A DNA stretch of 64,000 nt from a virus: the IMG/VR virus record IMGVR_UViG_3300032087_005129; one strand, 5' to 3'. Shown one piece after another: positions 27,300-36,872 of this stretch. Every line of letters starts with the position of its first letter. Position 1 is the stretch's first letter. The notes under the pieces are model-generated. The model was not told the DNA's origin. It made no database searches and saw nothing but the letters and a program-made list of their open reading frames with translations. Position numbers and translations under genes: made by a program.

Positions 27300-28457
27300 A
27301 TGGCATTGACTGATGTATATTTTGCTGCTGGTGACGTTATTAGATCAGCACAACAAGATGGAACTACACCTGGCACTGCTTTCAATGCACTCAACGCTTC
27401 GAGCGACGACTGGGGAAATAATATCAAAAATGCGGATAGAGCAAATCGTCGCTTTATTTTTCTTGAAGGCACTTACAATGTGCAATCAGAATTAGTCTTC
27501 ACAACAAGTGATCCGACTATAGCAGATCCGAACATATGGGTTGGTGCAAAGAGTGACGGAACACTTCTTGAACCACAGTTTGACGAAACAGGTATGCACC
27601 TCGTCACAGACAACTACCCAAAAATCATTAACTCTGCAAACACCACTCTCATCGACACTGCTGCGGTTGAAGTTTTTAAGTGTATCCACTTTGAAAATAC
27701 GAATGCCAGCAGAAATGGTTTTCTCATTAATAATGATTTTAATGAATCAAAGAATATCTCATTCATTGGTTGTTATGGTAAGATAACACCCAACGGAACG
27801 AGTTCGACTATTTTTCAAGTTTGGGGTGGGACTGCATTGATGTGTGAAGCAGTGATGAATGGCACCAACTACAAAAACATCATCAATGCAGGAGGAACAA
27901 ATCAATCTGCTGTCATAAATTGTCGTGTGTATGGTGGAGGTAAAAGTGGAACCAATGAGGGTCGAGGAATCGAGTTAGGAACACTCAATGATTCTGTTGT
28001 TGAAACTTTGATTTACAATGTTCACGGTCCTGCAATTTATGATGGAACAAGTAATGATCGAAATTCTAACATGATAAATTGCACCGTCATTTCTATTGGT
28101 GGTGATGGACATGATACCTCTACTGGAACAGATGATCAGAGAGGAACTTCTATTCATGGAAATATATTCTTTGATATAGATGGTGATGGTGTGAAAGCAA
28201 ATGCAAATGATGATGATATTGTTATCGCATCCTTTAATGCTTTTGGTAGCATTGGTGGATCTAACTTTGTAAATTTAGATTCGTATGAATCTATGGCAAC
28301 TATCGGAAATCAAACAGTCTCGACCAGTGACTTTGTTGACTATGCTAACCAAGATTTTAGAATAGCAAAAACGTCACCCTTGTATAAGGGTATCGGTGGG
28401 ACTCGAAACTTTGGTGCGATTCAAAATCAAGACTTTGAATTTGTAGGAGCAGGATAA
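27300..28457 (+). CDS. Right-handed beta-helix (pectin-lyase-like) protein, paralog 1
   Basis: N/G/I-rich coil repeats (NCRVY, NCTVI, GNIFF); C-terminal FVD..N.DFR....SP...IGA. Confidence 0.65.
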   Translation: MALTDVYFAAGDVIRSAQQDGTTPGTAFNALNASSDDWGNNIKNADRANRRFIFLEGTYNVQSELVFTTSDPTIADPNIWVGAKSDGTLLEPQFDETGMHLVTDNYPKIINSANTTLIDTAAVEVFKCIHFENTNASRNGFLINNDFNESKNISFIGCYGKITPNGTSSTIFQVWGGTALMCEAVMNGTNYKNIINAGGTNQSAVINCRVYGGGKSGTNEGRGIELGTLNDSVVETLIYNVHGPAIYDGTSNDRNSNMINCTVISIGGDGHDTSTGTDDQRGTSIHGNIFFDIDGDGVKANANDDDIVIASFNAFGSIGGSNFVNLDSYESMATIGNQTVSTSDFVDYANQDFRIAKTSPLYKGIGGTRNFGAIQNQDFEFVGAG

Positions 28458-29617
28458 TGTCAGTCACAGATTTATTTTTTTCCCCAACAGGTGCAGGTAA
28501 CAATTCAGGAGATTCTGTAGCAAATGCGATGCCGGCAACAGATGGTGCAGGTGACTGGTCTACAGAAATCAAAAGTCAAGATCGTCAAAACAAAAGATGG
28601 ATCTTCTTAGAGGGAACATACAATGTAAGTTCCGAACTTGTTTCAACGGGATCAGAGGCAACAGATACGCAACCAAACTTTTGGGTGGGTGCAAAATCAG
28701 ATGGAACAATACTTGAACCATCCTTTGATGAAACTGGTATGCATCTTGACACCACACACTACCCGATGATTACCAACAGTGCTGCTACAGCGATTTATGA
28801 CAGCGACTCTCAGGGTCACTTTTACTGTATTGGTTTTGTGAATACAAATTCTTCGTTTGGTCGTGACGGTGTTGTAAATAATGTTTTCAGTGAGATTCTT
28901 TATGTGTCTTATCTGGGATGCTTCTTCAAGGCAAAAACAACAATCAACACAAACACATCTGTTCATAAGATGGTGGGTGGCAATCTTATCATGTGTGAAG
29001 TTGTAGCAGAACCAGACAGTGATAATTTAGGGGCAGTTTTGGATGCAAGTGGGACGCACAATACTCTGATAGCAGATAGTCGAATATATGGACCAGGCAA
29101 GACTCAATCTATCAGTGCTTCGACTGCTCATCACATTATATCTACATCCAATGTCGTCGGAACACACATACTCTATACATTGATGGCAGATGGAGCAGCG
29201 GACGGATTTCATTTTGATGCGACATCTGCATCGAGAAATAGTGTAATCTATAAAAACACTTTTGTAAATCTTGCTGGTGATGCTATGGACTTTCAAGAGT
29301 TAGACACTTCCACACAAGGGCATCGTGTTGACGGTAACATAGCATTCAATGTAGATGGTAATTTTGTGGAGTCTGATGCAGAGGGTAAACTGTTATCGTC
29401 AAAAAATTCATACTCTGGTTCGGCAGCATACTTCAACGGCATCACAGAGTTTAGTGTGTTAAACACCGAGGTTTCGGCAGTGACCGCTGACTTTTTTGAT
29501 TATGATAATGCAGACTACAGGGTAAAAAGAACATCAAACGTGTTCAACAGGTTTAAGGGTTCTGGAAACATAGGTGCATTTCAAAACGAAGATTTCGAGT
29601 TTGTTTCAGTTTCATAA
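28457..29617 (+). CDS. Right-handed beta-helix protein, paralog 2
   Basis: Shares FLEGTYNV.SELV, WVGAKSDGT.LEP.FDETGMHL and GA.QN.DFEFV with the previous ORF. Confidence 0.65.
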   Translation: MSVTDLFFSPTGAGNNSGDSVANAMPATDGAGDWSTEIKSQDRQNKRWIFLEGTYNVSSELVSTGSEATDTQPNFWVGAKSDGTILEPSFDETGMHLDTTHYPMITNSAATAIYDSDSQGHFYCIGFVNTNSSFGRDGVVNNVFSEILYVSYLGCFFKAKTTINTNTSVHKMVGGNLIMCEVVAEPDSDNLGAVLDASGTHNTLIADSRIYGPGKTQSISASTAHHIISTSNVVGTHILYTLMADGAADGFHFDATSASRNSVIYKNTFVNLAGDAMDFQELDTSTQGHRVDGNIAFNVDGNFVESDAEGKLLSSKNSYSGSAAYFNGITEFSVLNTEVSAVTADFFDYDNADYRVKRTSNVFNRFKGSGNIGAFQNEDFEFVSVS

Positions 29618-29627
29618 AGGAAAATAA

Positions 29628-29918
29628 ATGTCATTCGATAGAGAAAAGATAAACAAAGAGATTGAAGATCTAATTTCTTCAGGTGAAGATGTTTTTGATT
29701 TTGACTTTAGTTTTGCTGATGATATAGAAGTGAAAGAACACACTGGCGCATCAAGTGACGAGAAAAGCAAATTGCAGGCTCTTGAGAAACTTGTTTTGCC
29801 ACTTCTGTATAACCTGAAGAAGGATACATCCAAAGATTACATTCTTTGGGATGGTGCAAAGCGTGCCGCACAATGCGAGGAGCAGATAACTAGAATCTTA
29901 GAAATTACCAGAGGGTAA
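29628..29918 (+). CDS. Conserved T4-like hypothetical protein
   Basis: FDFDFSFAD and LVLPLL.NL.K...K.YI.W...R pattern seen in T4-like phages. Confidence 0.65.
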   Translation: MSFDREKINKEIEDLISSGEDVFDFDFSFADDIEVKEHTGASSDEKSKLQALEKLVLPLLYNLKKDTSKDYILWDGAKRAAQCEEQITRILEITRG

Positions 29919-29932
29919 TCCTAAAGTGTTAG

Positions 29933-29940
29933 TATAAATA
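29933..29940 (+). promoter_or_regulatory. T4-type late promoter TATAAATA
   Basis: Exact consensus followed by the AAGGAG SD of ORF 29962. Confidence 0.75.
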
Positions 29941-29961
29941 TACTTAAGGAGATTCTTTATT

Positions 29962-30990
29962 ATGAAAAAAATTGCTTTATTGCTTTGCAGTGTTTTTACA
30001 TACAATACAACTGCAAACACTGACTGCCTAGATGTTTCTGGCGATATCATCGCTGTTGACCGTGGCAGAATCACACCATTCGGTAGAACGTTTGATCTTT
30101 ACATCAAAACGAACGGGCGAAGACCGCTTGGTTTGGGTGCGTCTTGGCCACGCATTCACAATGACCTTGCTGTTCCTTTTCGGTGGGAAACAGAAGGTGA
30201 GTTTTTCTTCAACCGAAATTTAAACACCCAACCTACTCTCGAAAATTCACCAGAGGCAATGGAATATTGGCTCAACAAGTATGAGTGTCCAAACATTAAT
30301 GGGGTGTATGATTGTGAACCAGGAGAATATTTCTTCTGCATGCAAGACAATCCATACAACAACTGGCTCTACAGCAATCACGAAGTTTCACAGCGTTGGG
30401 ATGTCATCGGTCCCTACGGCATTCCACGATGGAACGAACCTTACTATGACTCATACTGGGACAAGGGAACCTCATGGTTGGTAATGAATCGTCCCGGTTA
30501 CATCTTCCCCGAAAGCACCAGCGGCGACCAAGCCACACCAAGAATCGATCAAAGTAAAGGATTGTTGTTGCAAAACGATTACTACTTTGAACAAGCACCA
30601 ACGCCCTATGACGGTTATGAAAGTTACGAATGTGGTGGGTACAACTATAACGAATTTGGTAAAGTCATTGAGTTTGGTTCTGGTGATTGGGAAGATGACG
30701 AAATGGAAAACCACTACCGCTTTGCTCGCATGACAGGTATTGATCGTATCGCAATCAGCGGTGTGATTATTTACAGTGCAGTTGATTGCCAAGATCTGAA
30801 CTTTGCTGAGCCTGTTTTCTTTGAGTATGAACCAGACAACTCTTGTCCTGCTGATTTGGACGAAGATGGTAGAGTTGGTTTTTCAGACTTGCTTACTGTA
30901 CTGAGTAATAACATTTACGCACCAGGAGCAAGAAAGACACAGTTTGATGCTTTGATTGAAGTTATTTCGCAATGGGGAGATTGTCAATGA
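29962..30990 (+). CDS. Secreted protein with C-terminal dockerin-like Ca-binding motif, paralog 1
   Basis: Signal-like MKKIALLLCSVF; C-terminal CPADLDEDGRVGFSDLLTVLS...WGDC. Confidence 0.7.
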   Translation: MKKIALLLCSVFTYNTTANTDCLDVSGDIIAVDRGRITPFGRTFDLYIKTNGRRPLGLGASWPRIHNDLAVPFRWETEGEFFFNRNLNTQPTLENSPEAMEYWLNKYECPNINGVYDCEPGEYFFCMQDNPYNNWLYSNHEVSQRWDVIGPYGIPRWNEPYYDSYWDKGTSWLVMNRPGYIFPESTSGDQATPRIDQSKGLLLQNDYYFEQAPTPYDGYESYECGGYNYNEFGKVIEFGSGDWEDDEMENHYRFARMTGIDRIAISGVIIYSAVDCQDLNFAEPVFFEYEPDNSCPADLDEDGRVGFSDLLTVLSNNIYAPGARKTQFDALIEVISQWGDCQ

Positions 30991-31991
30991 TTTTAGAATT
31001 ACTTTGTGCTACAGCACTTTCACAAACAGAAATTGTTTATAAAGATTTGGGTAGACTCACACCGTTCGGAAGAACCATTGATGTCTACATTAAGAACACT
31101 CGCGGTGATGTTCCTGTTAAATTAGGATCTGAAGGTCCAGGCACTTCTGTTGCTTGGTGGATTGACGGAAAGGTTTGGAAGAACCACAACGATTCGCAAA
31201 TGGACTTCCTACTGAATGACCCTGCAAATGTTGAATTTTTGGAACAACAAATTCCAAACTTCTCTGACTGGGAAGCAGGTGAATGGTGGGAGTGTATGCA
31301 AAACAATCCAAACCAAACTGTCTACTGGCAGAACACCGATGTTCCAAGATTCTATTATCAAACTACTAGTGTTGATGGTTTGTTCTGGGGTGATTTACAA
31401 ACATCACTGATTGAACAAGATTACTGGTGGGCAGACTCATGGATCGTGATGAACGAACCGTGGCAACAAAGTGGAAACAACGCAAGCACATTCACAGTGC
31501 AACCTGAGATTCCACAGTTTGTCGGTAATCTGCTTGAAGATGACCGAGTGATTTTCTGGGCTGGTGCTGCACCCCCGAACGAATACGGCACCGTTCTTTG
31601 CCCTCCACCCGACGAAAACGGAAACTTTGGATATCCGTGGTCTTGGTCTGGTCAACTGATGCGATTCAAGAATTACGGTCCCGATGATGTGAACCCGTGG
31701 GAGTCCACTGAGTTTGACAATCACTGGCGAATTGCTCGCATCACTGGTCCCGACTATATCGGCATTGGTGGAGTGGTTCTTTACAATCCAGAGAACGAAG
31801 AAGCGTACACTGAAGCCACAGGAGCAGGGCAAATCTTCCCTGACAACTCTTGTCCATCTGACTTGAACGAAGATGGAATTGTTGGCTTTAGTGACTTGAT
31901 TCAAGTTTTGTCTGATGTCTCAGCAAGACGATATCGTGTCGATGGCTTCGAAGCGATTGTTAAGGTATTGTCAGAATGGGGTTCTTGCTAA
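30987..31991 (+). CDS. Secreted protein with C-terminal dockerin-like Ca-binding motif, paralog 2
   Basis: ATGA-coupled start MILELLCATALS; C-terminal CPSDLNEDGIVGFSDLIQVLS...WGSC; shares GR.TPFGRT.D.YIK and NH.R.AR.TG with paralog 1. Confidence 0.7.
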   Translation: MILELLCATALSQTEIVYKDLGRLTPFGRTIDVYIKNTRGDVPVKLGSEGPGTSVAWWIDGKVWKNHNDSQMDFLLNDPANVEFLEQQIPNFSDWEAGEWWECMQNNPNQTVYWQNTDVPRFYYQTTSVDGLFWGDLQTSLIEQDYWWADSWIVMNEPWQQSGNNASTFTVQPEIPQFVGNLLEDDRVIFWAGAAPPNEYGTVLCPPPDENGNFGYPWSWSGQLMRFKNYGPDDVNPWESTEFDNHWRIARITGPDYIGIGGVVLYNPENEEAYTEATGAGQIFPDNSCPSDLNEDGIVGFSDLIQVLSDVSARRYRVDGFEAIVKVLSEWGSC

Positions 31992-32017
31992 ACTTCTAAA
32001 AAACTAAATACTTACTC

Positions 32018-32058
32018 AATCGGTGGCCGTTTCACAGTTTCGGTCACCGATTTTTTTT
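32018..32058 (+). terminator. Terminator-like hairpin
   Basis: AATCGGTGGCCG / CGGTCACCGATT 12-bp stem with an 11-nt loop, followed by a T-run. Confidence 0.7.
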
Positions 32059-32078
32059 GGGATTAAAAAGGAGAGATT

Positions 32079-32702
32079 ATGATGAAATACTTGGCGCTGA
32101 CACTAGCGACTGCTGCTCTTGCTGATATCGGTGGAGACCCAGTGGCATCACTTGAGTCAGAAATTTATGGCGAGAACTGGGCTGCTACAGTTAGATCATC
32201 TGTCTACACAGAAAACGAGCAACAAGATCAACTAGGACTACCTGACGGTTCAATACTAATCACATACACAATCTACAATAGCGAAGAATCACTGTCTGAA
32301 ATTGAAGACGTTGATATTTTTGTTGGCACTAAAACCGAAGAAAATAGTCATCTTTCTGTTCCTGGATACTTTCAACAACCAACAGATGATGAAAATAGAC
32401 AAGCATATAACGCACCCGACTATGTTGATTTTGCGTACGAAACAGGGTTGTACAACTGGGACTGGGGCGCCGAGGGAAACTTTTTCTCCTCAGGATTGAA
32501 ACCTGGGGAATACGCAACTCTATTCGTGATATCATGGACGGATGGATGGATCGAGAATCCTGGCATCGTTCAGGGTGGAGGTGACGCAGGGATCTTTTTT
32601 GCTTTTGTTCCTGAGATTGACGGACAAGAAATACCTGCACCTGGCACACTCACCCTTCTTGGTCTTTCGATCATTGGCAACAGAACCAGAAAGCGTAGAT
32701 AA
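32079..32702 (+). CDS. PEP-CTERM-type (IPAPG variant) exosortase-target surface protein
   Basis: Signal MMKYLALTLATAALA; acidic body; C-terminal IPAPG-TLTLLGLSIIG-NRTRKRR. Confidence 0.75.
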   Translation: MMKYLALTLATAALADIGGDPVASLESEIYGENWAATVRSSVYTENEQQDQLGLPDGSILITYTIYNSEESLSEIEDVDIFVGTKTEENSHLSVPGYFQQPTDDENRQAYNAPDYVDFAYETGLYNWDWGAEGNFFSSGLKPGEYATLFVISWTDGWIENPGIVQGGGDAGIFFAFVPEIDGQEIPAPGTLTLLGLSIIGNRTRKRR

Positions 32703-32706
32703 GTTG

Positions 32707-32714
32707 TATAAATA
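32707..32714 (+). promoter_or_regulatory. T4-type late promoter TATAAATA
   Basis: Exact consensus, 6 nt before the gp25 ATG. Confidence 0.75.
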
Positions 32715-32720
32715 GATGGC

Positions 32721-33101
32721 ATGGCAAGATATGTCGATCTAGATTTAGACTTTGAAAAAAACCCCTTTACGCTTGACGTTAACACCAAAGTAGATGTTGA
32801 TGCTGTAAAACGATCTATTCGGAATCTGATTGTTCCTGGTAGATTTGAGAGGCTTTTTCAACCTGACCTGAGTGCTGGTGTCTCAGGTCTTCTTTTTGAG
32901 CATTTAACACCAGGTTCAAAACACACGATTGAAAAACTCATCAGTCAAACAATCGAAAACTCTGAACCAAGGGCAAGCCTAAAAAATGTCATTGTTGTTG
33001 ATGATTTTGACAATAATGGTTTGAAAGTGACCATCGACTTCACTGTTTTAAACGTATCTCAGCCAGCGACACTCGAATTCACACTTAGAAGGTTACGATA
33101 A
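32721..33101 (+). CDS. gp25: Baseplate wedge subunit gp25
   Basis: Y.DLDL.F..NP...DV, AVKRSIRNL, ER.FQP, LLFE, I...EPR. Confidence 0.92.
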   Translation: MARYVDLDLDFEKNPFTLDVNTKVDVDAVKRSIRNLIVPGRFERLFQPDLSAGVSGLLFEHLTPGSKHTIEKLISQTIENSEPRASLKNVIVVDDFDNNGLKVTIDFTVLNVSQPATLEFTLRRLR

Positions 33102-35056
33102 TGGCAACAAACGATCTTAAGGTAGACGCTCTTGATTTTGATACTATCAAAACAAATTTAAAGTCGTTCTTGAAATCACAAGACAAATTTAAAGACTATG
33201 ACTTTGATGGGTCAGGTCTTTCTGTTTTACTTGACATACTCGCATACAACACCCACTATCAGGGCTTCTATGCACAACAGTTAGCAAACGAAGCGTTCAT
33301 TGGCACAGCAGTAACAAAGAGTGCTGTTGTTGCAAACGCAAAGACACTAGGATACACCCCAACGTCTATTACAGCACCCACAGCAGTTGTAGATGTTGAA
33401 TTTGCAACGCAGCCTACAAGCGACGTAATCTCTTTCGGTACAAAATTTACCACGACAATCAATGGCACAACATACAACTTTATCGCTGACAAAGACTATT
33501 CAATTGTTTTTGATACAGTTCTTTCTAAGTATGTGGCAAAAAATGTAAACATCAAAGAGGGTGCATTTAACTTTTTCTCATACGTTGCAGATCTTAACGA
33601 TCAGAATCAAAAGTTTTTGATACCAACAAATAAAGCAGACACAAGCACGCTGATTGTTCGTGTTCAAAACTCAAAGACAGATACAACAGGTTTCACTGAT
33701 GTTTGGCAAAGATCAACAAATGTTTCTGATTCTACGAGCGAGTCAAAGGTTTATTACCTTGATCAGAATCAAGACGGCAAGTACGAAGTCTATTTCGGTG
33801 ATGGTATAATTAGTCAATCACTAAACAGTGGCAACTTAGTAATCTTACAATATCTTGTGACAAGTGGTCCAGACTCAAACGGCGCGGGAAAGGCTGATGG
33901 TGAGGGTTCAAGAACATTTAGTTTTCAAGGTAATCTAGAGGCGACAGCAACAGTAAAGGTTGTGGGCGAAGCCTCTGGTGGTTCTTTGTCTGAAAGCATA
34001 GAGTCGATTCGTTTCAACGCTCCTAAAATGTATCAAACACAAAATCGTGCAGTCACCTCTGAGGACTATCAAGCGATTCTTCGTCAAGAGTATGGAGACA
34101 TCGAATCTGTTTTTGTTTGGGGTGGTGAAGAAAATGATCCACCAGAATACGGCAAAGTTTTCATCGCTGTAAAGCCTGTCTCTGGCAATGAACTTACTGT
34201 AACCGAAAAAGAATCAATAGCAAGAAAAGTTGTTGACGGTAAAAATATTATTGGTATTATTCCTGTTGTTGTAGATCCAGATACTCGGTACCTAATTGTT
34301 GATACGAACGTTTACTACGATCAAAACAAAACTGTAAAAAGTCCTGATGCAATCAAAGAATTGGTTAGAAGTAAGATTGTAAACTTCGGTGATAATAGCC
34401 TTGAGAAGTTTGGTAGAGGATTTAGATACTCAACCTTTGTGAAAGAAATTGACTCTGCCGACGTTAGCATTCTGAGTAACAACACAACCGTAAAGGTTCA
34501 AAAGCGTTTGACACCAACACTAAACTCTACCGCATCTTACACAATTGACTTTATTACACCACTGCACAATCCACACGCAGGTCATGCCTCAATCACTGAC
34601 TCTACTTCGTTTGAGTATTATGATAGTACGACCCTTTCGAACAAGACATCTTTCTTAGATGACGATGGTAATGGTAACATTCGCATTTACTACTTAGATG
34701 GTGGTGTTAAAAAATTTATCACAGAGTCGGCGGGAACAATTGATTACACCACAGGCAAAATCGAATTGGTAAACTTTAGACCAATTTCAATTTCGTCTGG
34801 CGACTCTTTTATTAAAGTTACAGTTCTTCCAGGCGAACCTGCTGGTGCTACAGATATAAAATCTATTCGTGATCAAATACTTACAATTGACAGCACAGAC
34901 AGCACAGCGATTACCATTTCTGTTTCGCAGGATATTCTTGATAAAGAATACAAAAACACAGGTGTCAGTTTAAGTTCGACAACAACACAGTCTACAACTA
35001 CAACACAAACAACACAAACAGAAACCAACATTTCAACTAGCGGATCATACTATTAA
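33101..35056 (+). CDS. gp6: Baseplate wedge subunit gp6
   Basis: LDFD.IK.NLK.FL..Q..F.DYDF.GS.LS.LLD.LAYNTHY, ESI.SIRFNAP, QNRAVT..DY, WGGEEN.PP.YGKV. Confidence 0.95.
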   Translation: MATNDLKVDALDFDTIKTNLKSFLKSQDKFKDYDFDGSGLSVLLDILAYNTHYQGFYAQQLANEAFIGTAVTKSAVVANAKTLGYTPTSITAPTAVVDVEFATQPTSDVISFGTKFTTTINGTTYNFIADKDYSIVFDTVLSKYVAKNVNIKEGAFNFFSYVADLNDQNQKFLIPTNKADTSTLIVRVQNSKTDTTGFTDVWQRSTNVSDSTSESKVYYLDQNQDGKYEVYFGDGIISQSLNSGNLVILQYLVTSGPDSNGAGKADGEGSRTFSFQGNLEATATVKVVGEASGGSLSESIESIRFNAPKMYQTQNRAVTSEDYQAILRQEYGDIESVFVWGGEENDPPEYGKVFIAVKPVSGNELTVTEKESIARKVVDGKNIIGIIPVVVDPDTRYLIVDTNVYYDQNKTVKSPDAIKELVRSKIVNFGDNSLEKFGRGFRYSTFVKEIDSADVSILSNNTTVKVQKRLTPTLNSTASYTIDFITPLHNPHAGHASITDSTSFEYYDSTTLSNKTSFLDDDGNGNIRIYYLDGGVKKFITESAGTIDYTTGKIELVNFRPISISSGDSFIKVTVLPGEPAGATDIKSIRDQILTIDSTDSTAITISVSQDILDKEYKNTGVSLSSTTTQSTTTTQTTQTETNISTSGSYY

Positions 35057-36849
35057 TGTCTAGACCATTAGTATCACCATTAATCTCAAATCAGTTACCT
35101 GGTTTTTTCAAGGTGGATCACCCCACCTTTGTTTCTTTTCTAGAAGCATATTATGAGTTTTTAGAGCAAGACAATCCAAAAACACCAACAGACTTTGCTG
35201 ATATTCAAGATATGGATCAAACTTTAGATACATTCATTGAGGACTTTAGAGTCCAGTATCTCGCAGACTTTCCTGAAAGTCTTGTTTTAGATGAAAAAAC
35301 AGGTAACCCTGTCAACAAAAGAAAACTAATTAAAAATATTGATCAGTTTTACAGATCAAAAGGAACTCCAAAGGCTGTAAAGTTTTTGATTCGTGTTTTG
35401 TTAGATACGAACGTTGACATCTATGAACCATCAAGAGATGTTTTTAGATTGTCGGACGGTAAATACATTCAGAATAAATCTATTCGAACAACTTCAACAC
35501 AAGGTTCTAGTTTGTTTGATTCACCAGGCAAAGAGTTGATTCAAAGAGACTCTTCGGGCACGATAACTACAAGAGCAAAAGTTCAAACAGTAAACTTCTT
35601 TGATACTTCAACAGGTAAAATTTCAGAGTTTTTTATCAAAGACATTAATGGATCTGGGTTTCAAGCAAACAGTCCGGTTGAGTTTGTAAACAATGAAGGT
35701 TCTACGATAATAGAAAAAGAAATTTTATCTGTCATTACTTCTGTGACACCAGATAAAAACAACGCAGGTCAAAACTATGAGGTTGGTGACAAAGTTATTT
35801 TTGAAACCGTGTCTGGTGATAAAGGTCAAAGCGTTGCAGCATCAGTAGGATCTATTGGCTCTAGTGGTGAAATAAGAACCATAAACATTGATAACTTTGG
35901 TTTCAACTATGAAAAAAATCCAAATATCACAAAAGTAGAATCTGTTTTTGGCTCTGGTGGCGTGACAGGAATTACAACAACTATTGGTTCTCTGTGTGAG
36001 TATCCAGGATACTACTCATCAAACGATGGTGTTTTGTCAACAAATAAAAAAGTTCAAGACAACAAGTTTTATCAAAACTTTTCTTATGTGATTCGAACAG
36101 AAGCAACAATTGATAAGTATCGTGATGCACTTTTAAAGATTGCACACCCAGCAGGATTTGGTTTCTTTGGTCAAGTTCGTTTTATTCGTTGTGCTGAATC
36201 TGAGTTACCAAACCATAACTTAGCGTTTGTGATCCGTAACAAACTCGTTGGTAACTTTTCTGCATATACAAACAACACAAAAGATAATCTAAATGATTGG
36301 TTCAGAACAAGCGTTGATGGTGCAACACAAGGGTATGATCCTGCTTTTCACGATAGAGCAATAACTACAGAGTCGGGTGCAGTGAACGATCAATTTGGCA
36401 CACCATTGACAGGCAACCCAATTTCAGCATCTTTGTTTTTCGAAGAGTACGGTGCATCACCAGATCCACTTTCGGGGCCAAACTTTGGTGATTTTGCAGA
36501 GCCTTTCTATATTATTGAGTCACACCCAAATGTTGAGTTAGATCAAAAAGTTGTAAATGGTCGTGTCTCAACAACATTTAAGAATCAAGTGTATAACGAA
36601 TCGAACCCTGATGGTTCGACAGGCTGGAAAGAGTTTCAGCGTGTGTATGGGCCCAACGGCGAACCAGGTTTGTCAAATGGTGCTGATGGATGGTTTAACG
36701 CTTTTACTGGCGACAACGCTTTTGTTTCTCTCAAATACTTCAGAGGCGAAACAGAGATGCGAAAAATATTCATTCGCTCTTTAATTGAGGGAGCAGGTTT
36801 TACGCCAACATTTGATTGTCGTAGAAGCGATGGCTATTCCACGACATAA
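35056..36849 (+). CDS. gp7: Baseplate wedge initiator gp7 (short form)
   Basis: QLP.F...HP.FV.FL.AYYEFLE, IK.I..FY.SKGT, QD..FYQ.FSYVI, HPAGF. Confidence 0.85.
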   Translation: MSRPLVSPLISNQLPGFFKVDHPTFVSFLEAYYEFLEQDNPKTPTDFADIQDMDQTLDTFIEDFRVQYLADFPESLVLDEKTGNPVNKRKLIKNIDQFYRSKGTPKAVKFLIRVLLDTNVDIYEPSRDVFRLSDGKYIQNKSIRTTSTQGSSLFDSPGKELIQRDSSGTITTRAKVQTVNFFDTSTGKISEFFIKDINGSGFQANSPVEFVNNEGSTIIEKEILSVITSVTPDKNNAGQNYEVGDKVIFETVSGDKGQSVAASVGSIGSSGEIRTINIDNFGFNYEKNPNITKVESVFGSGGVTGITTTIGSLCEYPGYYSSNDGVLSTNKKVQDNKFYQNFSYVIRTEATIDKYRDALLKIAHPAGFGFFGQVRFIRCAESELPNHNLAFVIRNKLVGNFSAYTNNTKDNLNDWFRTSVDGATQGYDPAFHDRAITTESGAVNDQFGTPLTGNPISASLFFEEYGASPDPLSGPNFGDFAEPFYIIESHPNVELDQKVVNGRVSTTFKNQVYNESNPDGSTGWKEFQRVYGPNGEPGLSNGADGWFNAFTGDNAFVSLKYFRGETEMRKIFIRSLIEGAGFTPTFDCRRSDGYSTT

Positions 36850-36872
36850 ATAGGATAGTTTGGAGAAAATAG

